From a virus (taxonomy: Duplodnaviria; Caudoviricetes), in the IMG/VR virus record IMGVR_UViG_2889931527_000001: a stretch of DNA of 64,000 bases. One strand, 5' to 3'. A model generated the notes under the pieces. The model saw only the letters and a list, made by a program, of their open reading frames with translations. It did no database searches and was not told the origin of the DNA. Shown here in pieces: positions 1 through 9,251 of this stretch; within the stretch, counting starts at the first letter, position 1, and each line of letters starts with the position of its first letter. The translations under genes were made by a program, and so were the position numbers.

Positions 1-1134
1 TTATAAAGCATCTGTCACGGTTCTCAGGTCATCAAAAGAAATGTCCTGATAATGCCGGAGCATCTTTGTGCTGGTGTGTCCGATCAACTCTAGCTTATCT
101 GCATCTGCACCTTCTACTCGCTTCATCATTGTGGCGAATGTATGGCGGCAGCTATGCGGGGTGTATTTCTTTCGCTTCACTCCGTCTTTCTCAACGGTCG
201 GATTTCCTATTCCACATTCTTCTAATACGTTATAGAACAGGTTTCGGTAAGCAGCAATACCCATCGCGCTTCCATCATCAGCACAGAATACCGATCCGGC
301 TATTTTACCCTCAACCAGCCGGTCGATGATTGGTTGAATCTTGGGCGATACTGTAACAATACGATCACGTCCTGCATCGGTCTTTGCGCCTCCCACAAAT
401 GCTCTTTCTTTGCGGTTATAGTTTTTCGCATCCAGCGCTAGAAACTCGGATGGTCTGAACCCCAGATAGCATTGGCATAGTACATAATCTGCTCCCTTGA
501 CTTTCCCAACATTCTTAGAAATGGTTTCAACATCTTCAATCGGTATTCCATCTTTCTTCCCTTGTTCACCACCACGAGCCTTTACATATTCGCCCATATT
601 AAGGGTCGCTATGTTTCTTGGTATGGCGTATTTATACAGCAAACCGCAAAGGGTTTTCATGTTCTCCCGCGTGCGTTTTCCTTTCGGGCAATCATCGATA
701 CACTCTTGCAGATCATCAACGGTAATATCAGCGACCTTCAAAAACCATACCGGCTGAAAATGCTTCATTGCCGCCGAATAACAATCCATCGTTGACTTGC
801 TGGCTTTGTGGGTCGGCATCCATGTATCATACAGCTTTTGGAATGTAATGGATATTTCTTTCTTTGCAGTCGATAACTGCGGTAGATACTCTACTGCATC
901 TTTTTTTGTCTTGAATCCAGACTTAGACCGGGTTATCCTGTGTGACTTGCCATCCGGTTCAATTCGGTATCCAAGTGTCTTAATCGCAATCCACGTCCCG
1001 TTTGGAAGCTTATACACACTTCCCTGTCCGTTCCCACGGCTCTTTGTCCGCTGCTGCACACTTTGTTTTGCGCCGCATTTCAGACAATACTTGCTTTCAT
1101 CAGGAATTTCAGCTTTGCATTTCCTACACTTCAT
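1..1134 (-). CDS. int: Phage tyrosine integrase
   Basis: Arm-binding N-terminus (RGNGQGSVYK), catalytic R (GFRPSE), HSCRH, GH and Y motifs; N-terminal Zn ribbon. Confidence 0.95.
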   Translation of the reverse strand: MKCRKCKAEIPDESKYCLKCGAKQSVQQRTKSRGNGQGSVYKLPNGTWIAIKTLGYRIEPDGKSHRITRSKSGFKTKKDAVEYLPQLSTAKKEISITFQKLYDTWMPTHKASKSTMDCYSAAMKHFQPVWFLKVADITVDDLQECIDDCPKGKRTRENMKTLCGLLYKYAIPRNIATLNMGEYVKARGGEQGKKDGIPIEDVETISKNVGKVKGADYVLCQCYLGFRPSEFLALDAKNYNRKERAFVGGAKTDAGRDRIVTVSPKIQPIIDRLVEGKIAGSVFCADDGSAMGIAAYRNLFYNVLEECGIGNPTVEKDGVKRKKYTPHSCRHTFATMMKRVEGADADKLELIGHTSTKMLRHYQDISFDDLRTVTDAL

Positions 1135-1299
1135 ACCTTTTCATTCCTTTTTTTGTTAATAATTAAGGTGCTTGTAAACCTTACGCAATATCCAATTGTA
1201 TTGAACTTTTACAAATATTGAATCTACACTATATACGCTTTGCCGATTTTAAATTTTAGTGCTTGCGTACGCCCCAAAAACTGTATAGAATAAGCACTA

Positions 1300-1382
1300 C
1301 ACCGGTTGCAAAGAGCGCTCTCCCCGAAATGGGGATGGTATTGGAGAACGCATGGCGGGGTATGCTCCCGCCACTCCTTTTC
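1300..1382 (+). promoter_or_regulatory. Structured leader with hairpins upstream of the BRO antirepressor
   Basis: GCGCTCTCC/GGAGAACGC stem with inner CCCC/GGGG hairpin, then GGCGGG/CCCGCC hairpin and T-run, downstream of a TAGAAT -10-like box. Confidence 0.5.
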
Positions 1383-1407
1383 ACATTTCAGTAGAAAGGA
1401 CAATATC

Positions 1408-2166
1408 ATGACGAACGAAATTCAAATTTTCCGAAACGAACAATTTGGCCAGATTCGCATGTTGGATAAAGACGGCGAACCGTGGTTTGTGCTCAAAGAT
1501 GTGTGTGAAGCATTTGGAGAATCAAACTATCGCCGTGTTTCGGGTCGATTGGATGATGACGAAAAGGGTGTGTCGCAAATCGCTACCCCCGGCGGGAAGC
1601 AAAACATGACCATTATCAACGAATCAGGCCTGTACTCTGCGCTATTCGCTATGCAACCGGAAAAGGCGCGTGGAGTGGATGATGAATATATTGAATCCCG
1701 GCAAAAGCAGTTAAAAGCATTTAAACGCTGGGTGACATCCGAAGTCCTTCCCTCCATCCGCAAGCACGGACAATACACGGTCGATACCGAACGACACGAA
1801 AATTGGGAAATCGCAGAGCGCAACAGCCGTTCCCGCGAAGCTGCCCTGTGGCTTAAAATCGGTGAAACCGTCGGAACAGAGACATACAAGCATATCTGCG
1901 CCAGCTATGCAAGCAAGGCATTGGCAGGAAATGAAGTCATTCCGCTTCCCAAATCTGCACAGCGTCACTACACGGCATCCGAAATCGGAAATATGTTTGG
2001 TGTATCCGCGCACAAGATCGGAGCGATTGCCAAAGCGAACCACTTGAAAACCGAAGTGTATGGCTCCTGGTATCATGATAAGTCCCCGTTTTCGGCAAAG
2101 GAAGTTGAAACCTTCCGATACAACAACAATGCCGTCGAACGCTTTCGAGAAATTTTCGGCTCATGA
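1408..2166 (+). CDS. BRO-N domain antirepressor-like protein
   Basis: MTNEIQIFRNEQFGQIR...EPWFVLKDVC...FKRWVTSEVLPSIRKHG; RBS AGAAAGGA. Confidence 0.9.
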   Translation: MTNEIQIFRNEQFGQIRMLDKDGEPWFVLKDVCEAFGESNYRRVSGRLDDDEKGVSQIATPGGKQNMTIINESGLYSALFAMQPEKARGVDDEYIESRQKQLKAFKRWVTSEVLPSIRKHGQYTVDTERHENWEIAERNSRSREAALWLKIGETVGTETYKHICASYASKALAGNEVIPLPKSAQRHYTASEIGNMFGVSAHKIGAIAKANHLKTEVYGSWYHDKSPFSAKEVETFRYNNNAVERFREIFGS

Positions 2167-2522
2167 AGCATCGTTCCGATTTTTCAATCTGCGCTACCCC
2201 TGCAAAGATTGAATCTCCCTGCATTGAACATATTCGGCGCAACGAAATTCTGTATGTCAAAAGCGCAGAATTCCAAGGGAGTGCGCAATGGAAATTTAGC
2301 CTAGACAAAACCATAAATGCCGACATTCAAGACGAAGATTTTTTAAACCGGGTGCATTCCGGTGAAATCTCAATAAGCTCCAAAACCTATCTGATCGCTG
2401 ATGTGAAAGTTACCATCCCGTTAAAACCCGATGGCTCACCGAATGAGTCCAAAGTAAAATATTCGATTATAAAGGTTCTTTCTGTTAAAACACCTGATGA
2501 CAAAAACCAAATCAAACTTTGA
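2163..2522 (+). CDS. Hypothetical protein
   Basis: ORF coupled to the upstream stop and followed by a terminator. Confidence 0.55.
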   Translation: MKHRSDFSICATPAKIESPCIEHIRRNEILYVKSAEFQGSAQWKFSLDKTINADIQDEDFLNRVHSGEISISSKTYLIADVKVTIPLKPDGSPNESKVKYSIIKVLSVKTPDDKNQIKL

Positions 2523-2525
2523 TAT

Positions 2526-2560
2526 AAAATCCCGACCAATTTTGCATGGCCGGGATTTTG
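2526..2560. terminator. Intrinsic terminator
   Basis: AAAATCCCG...CGGGATTTT inverted repeat. Confidence 0.7.
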
Positions 2561-2598
2561 TTTGGATATTGCTTGTAAATATATCCTTTAAATGTTAT

Positions 2599-2620
2599 TA
2601 TAATTCAAGAACGAACGTTC
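2599..2620 (+). promoter_or_regulatory. Promoter -10 (TATAAT) with Gram-positive LexA (SOS) box
   Basis: TATAAT 2599-2604; GAAC-GAAC-GTTC 2609-2620 matches GAAC-N4-GTTC. Confidence 0.7.
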
Positions 2621-2709
2621 GTTTTCCTTCGGTAGATCACGCTATTAGTTTATAGTGGTGACTGCACTATTTTTACAAAACTGTTTATTTTTGAAAGGAA
2701 GCAAACGTT

Positions 2710-2895
2710 ATGAAAAACATAAGACGAGTTGCGGTACAAATCAGCACATGTAAACACAAAGAGCCTATCAAGGCTATACTGTCATCCATTCCCAGCAATC
2801 CAAGCGTCAAGCAACCCAATCCAATGAATCAAGAAATCAGCGTCACGGTCACTGATGTCCTCTCCGGGCTTAATATATCCCTTACTTACAAGTAA
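2710..2895 (+). CDS. Small ORF downstream of the SOS box, convergent with and overlapping the repressor
   Basis: RBS GAAAGGAAG; 61 aa. Confidence 0.4.
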   Translation: MKNIRRVAVQISTCKHKEPIKAILSSIPSNPSVKQPNPMNQEISVTVTDVLSGLNISLTYK

Positions 2896-3162
2896 ATCTG
2901 TGAGCCATTTTTCACATTCTTGAACTTCCTCCGAATCTATTACTACGGGTTCGGGGGATTTTTTTGTGTCTATTCCAAGGATATAGTCGGTTGTAACACC
3001 AAATTTTTTAGCTATATCAATGATATAGCCATGTCCTGGCTCACGTTCTCCAGTTTCATATTTTGTTACTGTAGCATACGGTCTTCCCAGTTCTTCACAC
3101 AATCGTTTCCTGGTATATCCGTTCTTTTCTCGTATTTCAACAAGCCTTTCTGGTAGTCCCAT
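2782..3162 (-). CDS. XRE-family prophage repressor (CI-like, no S24 peptidase domain)
   Basis: HTH (YTRKRLCEELG..YETGEREP..FGVTTDYILG); RBS GGAGG; divergent from the Cro-like gene. Confidence 0.9.
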   Translation of the reverse strand: MGLPERLVEIREKNGYTRKRLCEELGRPYATVTKYETGEREPGHGYIIDIAKKFGVTTDYILGIDTKKSPEPVVIDSEEVQECEKWLTDLLVSKGYIKPGEDISDRDADFLIHWIGLLDAWIAGNG

Positions 3163-3225
3163 TCCCGCACCTCCTTTCCTTAAACACATTATACACACAC
3201 GTTCAATTTGTGTCAATAAAATTTC

Positions 3226-3314
3226 ACCCATTTCGGGTTAAAAATTATCTTTTACGCCTTGACATTTACCCGATACGGGTGTATCATAATAACGCGATTT
3301 AACCCAATTTGGGT
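3226..3314. promoter_or_regulatory. Lysis/lysogeny switch: three ACCC-N5-GGGT operators around a TTGACA-17-TATCAT promoter
   Basis: ACCCATTTCGGGT 3226-3238, ACCCGATACGGGT 3268-3280, ACCCAATTTGGGT 3302-3314; -35 at 3259, -10 at 3282. Confidence 0.85.
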
Positions 3315-3338
3315 TAAAAGAAAGGATGTGATTGTATT

Positions 3339-3542
3339 ATGTTTCCAAACATCGACGCTGAACGTGCACGACTTGGCATGAGCCGAGCATGCCTTGCAAG
3401 ACAGCTAGGAATTTCGTATAGCACTTTAAAATCTTGGATGGCTGGAAAAACCGAAATTCCATGTTCCAAGATTGTAGAAATGTCCAAGCTGTTTAATGTG
3501 TCTACTGATTATCTGCTTGGCATGGACAAGCCCGCGTCCTGA
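3339..3542 (+). CDS. Cro-like HTH regulator
   Basis: 67-aa XRE HTH; first gene of the early operon. Confidence 0.9.
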   Translation: MFPNIDAERARLGMSRACLARQLGISYSTLKSWMAGKTEIPCSKIVEMSKLFNVSTDYLLGMDKPAS

Positions 3543-3738
3543 GCGGCGCGGGCTGAAAGGAAGGTGAGAAACAGAATGCAATTCGTAGCAGCGGCATTTA
3601 TTCTAGGTTTCGCCGTAGGATTGGCTACATACAGACTGGCCATTGCTCTTTATATGAGGGAATGGCCTGACACGAAATGTACCTATTGTAAATACAGATA
3701 TGAACAACAAAACCGCCACAAATTGTGACGGCAGATGA

Positions 3739-3885
3739 TTATTTCCCATTTGCTCTTGGCTGTTGTTGCGAAGTTGGTTTTTTCTTCGGAGCCGGGATTT
3801 TGAATGTGGGCGGTGGTACAGCGTTTCCACGGATATTGACTTTTTTATTAAGGTTGATTTGATTTGGGACATGCTTGTCATTCAT
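3739..3885 (-). CDS. Small basic, proline-rich peptide (MNDKHVPNQ...VPPPTFKIPAPKKK)
   Basis: Own translation; overlaps the stop of the upstream 2-TM gene. Confidence 0.45.
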   Translation of the reverse strand: MNDKHVPNQINLNKKVNIRGNAVPPPTFKIPAPKKKPTSQQQPRANGK

Positions 3886-4390
3886 TTAAGTCTACCTCAC
3901 TGGTGTCGTAATAAAGGCTCATGTAATTCTTACACTCGATTTCTGCTTTTTGGGCGCAATTTTGCACGAGGGGTAAATATAGAGCACCGATATAAGTGCT
4001 TTCCAGTTTGTTGTACTCGTTCCGGTATTTTGCGATGAGAGAGATGATTGTTTGATCGTCATATGCGGTGCAATCTATCTGCTCCCAATCATGTTCAATT
4101 CGTACGAGCATATTAGAAAGTGCTGGAATTATGAACTTGAATGCAATAAGCTGATTAGCTTGAGGGTGTAGAGGCTTTGTGACAATTAGGACTTGCGCGA
4201 ACGAGATGATGATGGCCCATACAAGCGGATACTGATCCCATATGCTCCAAGCAGCAATGGACGAAGCAGAAGCTATCATGCAAACAGTGCTTACAATTCC
4301 GTCTATACGTTTAGAGCGAATTTGGTAGTTCCAATAATACCGCTCTTTGTATTTCATATCCACCAGCATAGCCCAAAATTTTTCTCGCAT
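3878..4390 (-). CDS. Two-TM membrane protein, SLATT-like moron
   Basis: Helix-TM-TM-helix layout; antiparallel to the early operon; flanked by a 16-bp direct repeat. Confidence 0.55.
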   Translation of the reverse strand: MREKFWAMLVDMKYKERYYWNYQIRSKRIDGIVSTVCMIASASSIAAWSIWDQYPLVWAIIISFAQVLIVTKPLHPQANQLIAFKFIIPALSNMLVRIEHDWEQIDCTAYDDQTIISLIAKYRNEYNKLESTYIGALYLPLVQNCAQKAEIECKNYMSLYYDTSEVDLNE

Positions 4391-4489
4391 AAATCTCACC
4401 TGACAAGATTTTACCACTTTTCCAATCATAAAGCAACAATTAAAGACAATCCTGCGCTTTAATTGCGCGGGCTGAAAGGAGGTTGAAGT

Positions 4490-5125
4490 TTGAGGAAATT
4501 CACGCAAGCTGAGTTCGATCTTTTCCACATCGATAGTAACGGATATAAAATATGTCCGACCGGAGATTATTCACAAATTAAATCATTTCATAATCGATGT
4601 AAATTTGAAGAATATTCTTACTTTGGAGATTATTCATGTTTCGGAAATGAATGCGTTTTCGGAAGAAAGTGCTCTTTTGGCGCATTTTCATTATTTGGTA
4701 AACGATGTACTTTCGATGATATGTGCATATTCCAAATTGGGTGCGAATTTTTAGATTCATGTTCATTTGGTATCCGTTGTATTTTTGCTTTATGCTGCAA
4801 ATTTGAAGATAAATGCAACTTTGGAGCCATTTCTAGTTTTGGAAAGCAATGTAAATTTGGGGAAAAATGTAGATGTGAGTTTGGAGAGTTCCGCTATATG
4901 GTTTCATTTTGTGGAATATTTGAAGAATTGAATTCCACAGACGTTTTTCTTTTGGCTAACGATTCGATCTGTGTCAGACAGGGATTGTTTGGCGGAACGT
5001 TAAAGGAATTTGTAACATATTGTAAAACAAGATATTCGAGCGAAAATCATGGAAAAACCTATATCGATTTGATTTCCGCTATAAAATCGCAATTTGAAAT
5101 CATGAGAGGACGGAGCCTGACATGA
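4490..5125 (+). CDS. Cys/Phe-rich hexapeptide repeat (beta-solenoid) protein
   Basis: Repeating FGxxCx units; AT-rich. Confidence 0.7.
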   Translation: MRKFTQAEFDLFHIDSNGYKICPTGDYSQIKSFHNRCKFEEYSYFGDYSCFGNECVFGRKCSFGAFSLFGKRCTFDDMCIFQIGCEFLDSCSFGIRCIFALCCKFEDKCNFGAISSFGKQCKFGEKCRCEFGEFRYMVSFCGIFEELNSTDVFLLANDSICVRQGLFGGTLKEFVTYCKTRYSSENHGKTYIDLISAIKSQFEIMRGRSLT

Positions 5126-5469
5126 CAAACCAGTCTTTACCCAAAGGCCTTGAATCTTTGGCTATGCCTTTGGTCGAATACCTGAAATTAAACTACCACC
5201 CCCATGCTGCTATTGTCATTACAGATCAGAGGGTTGCAGTCGTGGAAGATTTGATTTCGGTTCCGGTGGGTGTTCAACAGAATAAGGTTGAAAACGCGAA
5301 TTCCCTATTGAGATTCCCGAATCAATCAAAAACCTTCCGGCATGCGAAAGAACTCAAGGAAACATCATCCATCCAAGAAGCGCAAATGCTCACAGAAAAC
5401 GGATGGCTGATAAGTAGTGTCTACTTTAAAAACGGCCAGTGGAATTATTCGCTGTTCCGTGTTGACTGA
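5122..5469 (+). CDS. Hypothetical phage protein
   Basis: Coupled ORF. Confidence 0.55.
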   Translation: MTNQSLPKGLESLAMPLVEYLKLNYHPHAAIVITDQRVAVVEDLISVPVGVQQNKVENANSLLRFPNQSKTFRHAKELKETSSIQEAQMLTENGWLISSVYFKNGQWNYSLFRVD

Positions 5470-5666
5470 TCGGAAGGTGGATGGATAGGCACTCCATCCT
5501 TGCTCCACAAAAGAACATAATGGATTTGTTGTTGATAAAAGGGCGGATATGCGCTATCAGTTAAATTCACATACTTATCCGCATAAACCCACCCTAAAGA
5601 AATATACTGATTTGCAATTTGATAGTCTGTAACATCAGCAATTTCTTTTACATTGTTTACATCCAT
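5445..5666 (-). CDS. Hypothetical protein (antiparallel moron)
   Basis: Strong RBS AAGGAGG. Confidence 0.6.
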   Translation of the reverse strand: MDVNNVKEIADVTDYQIANQYISLGWVYADKYVNLTDSAYPPFYQQQIHYVLLWSKDGVPIHPPSDQSTRNSE

Positions 5667-5747
5667 TTGTACTCCCTCCTTTCCGTACCCAGTATATCAC
5701 GATGGAACGCGATAGGACAAGACTAAGAGAAAGATAGGTGACTGAGA

Positions 5748-5969
5748 ATGTACCGGTACCATAATCGCATCAAGCAACGCATCAATAACGACGAGTTGGT
5801 TGATTATCGCTTCGTCGATGACTACCCCCGTATTGGCGAATGTTTGGTGCTTATTTTTTGCACAAATCCAATTTTCCGCCCCATTCGTCCCCATCGGTGG
5901 CCGGAATATCGCGGAATCTTGGAACAGTGGAACGCTCAGACAGGAGGTAGCAAGAATGCAATGTTATAA
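5748..5969 (+). CDS. Hypothetical phage protein
   Basis: RBS; coupled to the next gene. Confidence 0.6.
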   Translation: MYRYHNRIKQRINNDELVDYRFVDDYPRIGECLVLIFCTNPIFRPIRPHRWPEYRGILEQWNAQTGGSKNAML

Positions 5970-7245
5970 AGGTTTTGACAAGGATTTGAAATGCCGTGGA
6001 TTCCAATACGAAGTCGGGAAAACCTATGAAACCGATAATGCGGATATTTGCCGCACTGGATTCCACGCATGCGAAAATCCTTTGGATGTATTTGGGTATT
6101 ATCCCCCTGCTGATTCTCGGTTTTGCATGGTCGATCTTGATGAAAACAGTCAAACCGAAAATGATAGCAAGCGTGTTGGAAAACGCATCCATATCGAAAC
6201 AGAAATCGGGTTGCAAGGAATTATCTCCGCAGGAGTGAAATTCATCCTTGATAAAGTTGATTTTTCTAATGTGAATTCGAATTCAACCAACACGGGTGAC
6301 CAATCCGCTGCAACCAACACGGGTTACGGCTCCGCTGCAACCAACACGGGTGACTGCTCCGCTGCAACCAACACGGGTTACGGCTCCGCTGCAACCAACA
6401 CGGGTGACTGCTCCGCTGCAACCAACACGGGTGACCAATCCGCTGCAACCAACACGGGTGACTGCTCCGCTGCAACCAACACGGGTGACTGCTCCGCTGC
6501 AACCAACACGGGTTACCGCTCCGCTGCAACCAACACGGGTTACGGCTCCGCTGCAACCAACACGGGTGACTGCTCCGCTGCAACCAACACGGGTGACTGC
6601 TCCGCTGCAACCAACACGGGTGACCAATCCGCTGCAACCAACACGGGTTACGGCTCCGCTGCAACCAACACGGGTGACTGCTCCGCTGCAACCAACACGG
6701 GTTACCGCTCCGCTGCAACCAACACGGGTTACCGCTCCGCTGCAACCAACACGGGTGACTGCTCCGCTGCAACCAACACGGGTGACTGCTCCGCTGCAAC
6801 CAACACGGGTTACCGCTCCGCTGCAACCAACACGGGTGACTGCTCCGCTGCAACCAACACGGGTGACCAATCCGCTGCAACCAACACGGGTTACTGCTCC
6901 GCTGCAACCAACACGGGTGACTGCTCCGCTGCAACCAACACGGGTTACCGCTCCGCTGCAACCAACACGGGTGACTGCTCCGCTGCAACCAACACGGGTG
7001 ACCAATCCGCTGCAACCAACACGGGTGACTGCTCCGCTGCGGTAGTCAACGGAACAGACAGTATTGCTATTGTCACAGGACGTGATAGTAAAGCGAAAGG
7101 TTCTGTTGGATGCTGGCTTGTTCTCACCGAACGTGATGATAAGTTGCATATCAAAGAAGTTCGTGCCGTTTGTGTTGATGGCAAAGATATTCTGCCTGAC
7201 ACCTTTTACATGTTAGTAGACGGAAAAGTTGTCCCGGCTGATTGA
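5956..7245 (+). CDS. Phage repeat protein (DUF7666-like N-terminus + 9-aa repeats)
   Basis: YKGFDKDLKCRGFQYEVG...GFHACENPLDVFGYY; 28 x TNTGxxSAA. Confidence 0.85.
   Translation: MQCYKGFDKDLKCRGFQYEVGKTYETDNADICRTGFHACENPLDVFGYYPPADSRFCMVDLDENSQTENDSKRVGKRIHIETEIGLQGIISAGVKFILDKVDFSNVNSNSTNTGDQSAATNTGYGSAATNTGDCSAATNTGYGSAATNTGDCSAATNTGDQSAATNTGDCSAATNTGDCSAATNTGYRSAATNTGYGSAATNTGDCSAATNTGDCSAATNTGDQSAATNTGYGSAATNTGDCSAATNTGYRSAATNTGYRSAATNTGDCSAATNTGDCSAATNTGYRSAATNTGDCSAATNTGDQSAATNTGYCSAATNTGDCSAATNTGYRSAATNTGDCSAATNTGDQSAATNTGDCSAAVVNGTDSIAIVTGRDSKAKGSVGCWLVLTERDDKLHIKEVRAVCVDGKDILPDTFYMLVDGKVVPAD
6286..7041 (+). repeat. 28 x 27-bp coding tandem repeat
   Basis: ACCAACACGGGT-NNNNNN-TCCGCTGCA; only the central two codons vary. 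Confidence 0.97.
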
Positions 7246-7256
7246 GGTGATGTGAC

Positions 7257-7463
7257 ATGACACTTTCAGATTTGAAAACCATGGATGCTGAAACAATCAC
7301 TCCGGCTGTCGCCGCTGAATTGTTAGGGTGCAATCCGCACTATATTCGGGTGGCTGCCCACCAAGATAAGTCCTTGCTTGGTTTTCCGGTTATTCTTCTC
7401 GGCAACCGCGTGAAAATCCCGCGTGTTGCGTTTATCAAATTCATGGAGGGGGATTTAAATTGA
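7257..7463 (+). CDS. Excisionase-like small DNA-binding protein
   Basis: ITPAVAAELLG...RVKIPRVAF winged-HTH pattern. Confidence 0.7.
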   Translation: MTLSDLKTMDAETITPAVAAELLGCNPHYIRVAAHQDKSLLGFPVILLGNRVKIPRVAFIKFMEGDLN

Positions 7464-7732
7464 AAAAACGTGTTCGATTGGCTGGCAGATACCTTCTGCT
7501 GTATGCGATGGTTTTCGGCTTTACCGTTGGCCTTATCTCGCTTTCGTGCATGCCAGTCTGGATGACTCGTGCATTTGCGGCTGTAAGTGTGGGTTGGTTG
7601 GCATTCCGTTATATTGCATGGACGATCAATCGTCCCCGGCGGGTGCGCCGATGAAAATATCTTGGAACCGGCAACGGAAAATAAACCAGAATATAGCGTT
7701 ATCGTCCGCAGATCAAATCATGATTCGAGAAC

Positions 7733-8101
7733 GTGATAGGCGAAAACAACGCTATCTTAAATGGCTCAAGGAGGTGCATAAAAATAGGCATCCAAGATGA
7801 TGTAATGCGCAGACATGCGCGAGGTGAATCCTTGCAGAGTATCGCAGATGACTTTGATGTATCCAAACAATATATCGCTAGGCTTCTATTCGATGGGAAA
7901 AATCGCACGATTTATCCCAATTTGAATACATGGATGCGATTCAATCAATGTTCGTTGCGTCTAATGGCAGATGATATAGATACGGATACGGAAACATTGC
8001 AATATTATCTGAGCAAAAACACAACGCCAAAATGGATGATTGATAAGATTTTATCCTTGACTGGTTTGTCCTATGACGTTGCATTTAAGGAGCGTGATTA
8101 A
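7733..8101 (+). CDS. HTH protein (start uncertain)
   Basis: GESLQSIADDFDVSKQYI motif. Confidence 0.55.
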   Translation: MIGENNAILNGSRRCIKIGIQDDVMRRHARGESLQSIADDFDVSKQYIARLLFDGKNRTIYPNLNTWMRFNQCSLRLMADDIDTDTETLQYYLSKNTTPKWMIDKILSLTGLSYDVAFKERD

Positions 8102-8255
8102 CTGTGTCGTTGTATTCGGCAAAATCCATTACGCCAGCAACAATGCCAGAGTTACCCACGTCACCACCTGAGCGTCCAGATCAAGATGAAATCAATCGAT
8201 ACTTTTACAAGCATTGCGGATATAAATTTTTGGATTCATTGGAGGATGATAACGA

Positions 8256-9206
8256 TTGCGAAAGCTAGTTTCAACCACAAATATGAGCCGTGAAGAATGG
8301 CTCCGGTGGCGCAAGAAAGGCATCGGCGGAAGTGAGGTTGCTGCCCTGGTTGGTATGCACCCCTACTTATCTCCATTCTCAATTTATATGGATAAGATTG
8401 GAGAACTGGAACCGCAGGATGATAACGAAGCAATGCGAATCGGGCGCGATCTTGAAGAATATGTCGCGCAGCGATTCACCGAAAAAACTGGCATTCGAGT
8501 CCGCAAAAATTCCAGCATCCTAATGGATGATGAATGCGATTACATGATTGCAGATATTGACCGTTGGAGCAAAAAAGATGGAATCGGATTGGAATGCAAA
8601 ACCATGTCGCCAAACAGCAAGGCTGTGAAAGGTTTGGAGGACGATAGTGTCCCGCCACAATACTACATTCAATGCCAGTGGTACATGATGATTACCGGCT
8701 TGAATAAGTGGCATTTGGCAATTCTCGTTCTCGGTCGAGCGTTTTATACCTTTGAGATTGACCGCAACGATGAAGATATTACAGTCTTGCGTAAAGCGGC
8801 ACAAGATTTCTGGGTCGTAAATGTGCTCTCGCGTAAAATGCCACCGCCGGATGGGACGGAATCAGCACAGAAAGCGATCTCTCACCTGATTCAAGGCGTA
8901 GATAATGAAGCAACTGTTAGGCTGGATTCCGCTGTCGATGAAATCAAACATCTGCAAGAAATCAATGAGCAGATTGATACATTGAAGCAAGCAGCTGATG
9001 CAATCAAGCAAAAGTTCCTTTTGGAACTTGGTGCATCTGGAATCGGTTGGAACGATGGATATGAGGTTTCTGCTAAAGAACAGGTGCGCCGAACATTTGA
9101 TACAAAACGGTTCAAGGCCGAACATCCAGAACTTGACTTAGACCCATATTATAAATCTTCGGTCAGCAGACCTTTCAAGTACAAAATCTTCGATTGTGAA
9201 GAATAA
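8256..9206 (+). CDS. yqaJ: YqaJ-like viral recombination exonuclease
   Basis: EWLRWRKKGIGGSE, LECKT, YYIQCQWYM. Confidence 0.93.
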   Translation: MRKLVSTTNMSREEWLRWRKKGIGGSEVAALVGMHPYLSPFSIYMDKIGELEPQDDNEAMRIGRDLEEYVAQRFTEKTGIRVRKNSSILMDDECDYMIADIDRWSKKDGIGLECKTMSPNSKAVKGLEDDSVPPQYYIQCQWYMMITGLNKWHLAILVLGRAFYTFEIDRNDEDITVLRKAAQDFWVVNVLSRKMPPPDGTESAQKAISHLIQGVDNEATVRLDSAVDEIKHLQEINEQIDTLKQAADAIKQKFLLELGASGIGWNDGYEVSAKEQVRRTFDTKRFKAEHPELDLDPYYKSSVSRPFKYKIFDCEE

Positions 9207-9251
9207 AGATTCTTTCATACAAATTTATCCAAAAAGGAGAATGTATAAAAC

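Noticed and set aside
6286-7041. CRISPR-like array
   Set aside because: Variable part is only 6 nt with five variants, lies in frame inside a CDS, and no cas genes are present
6266-7149. Long alternative-frame ORFs over the 27-bp repeat
   Set aside because: By-product of a stop-free repeat unit
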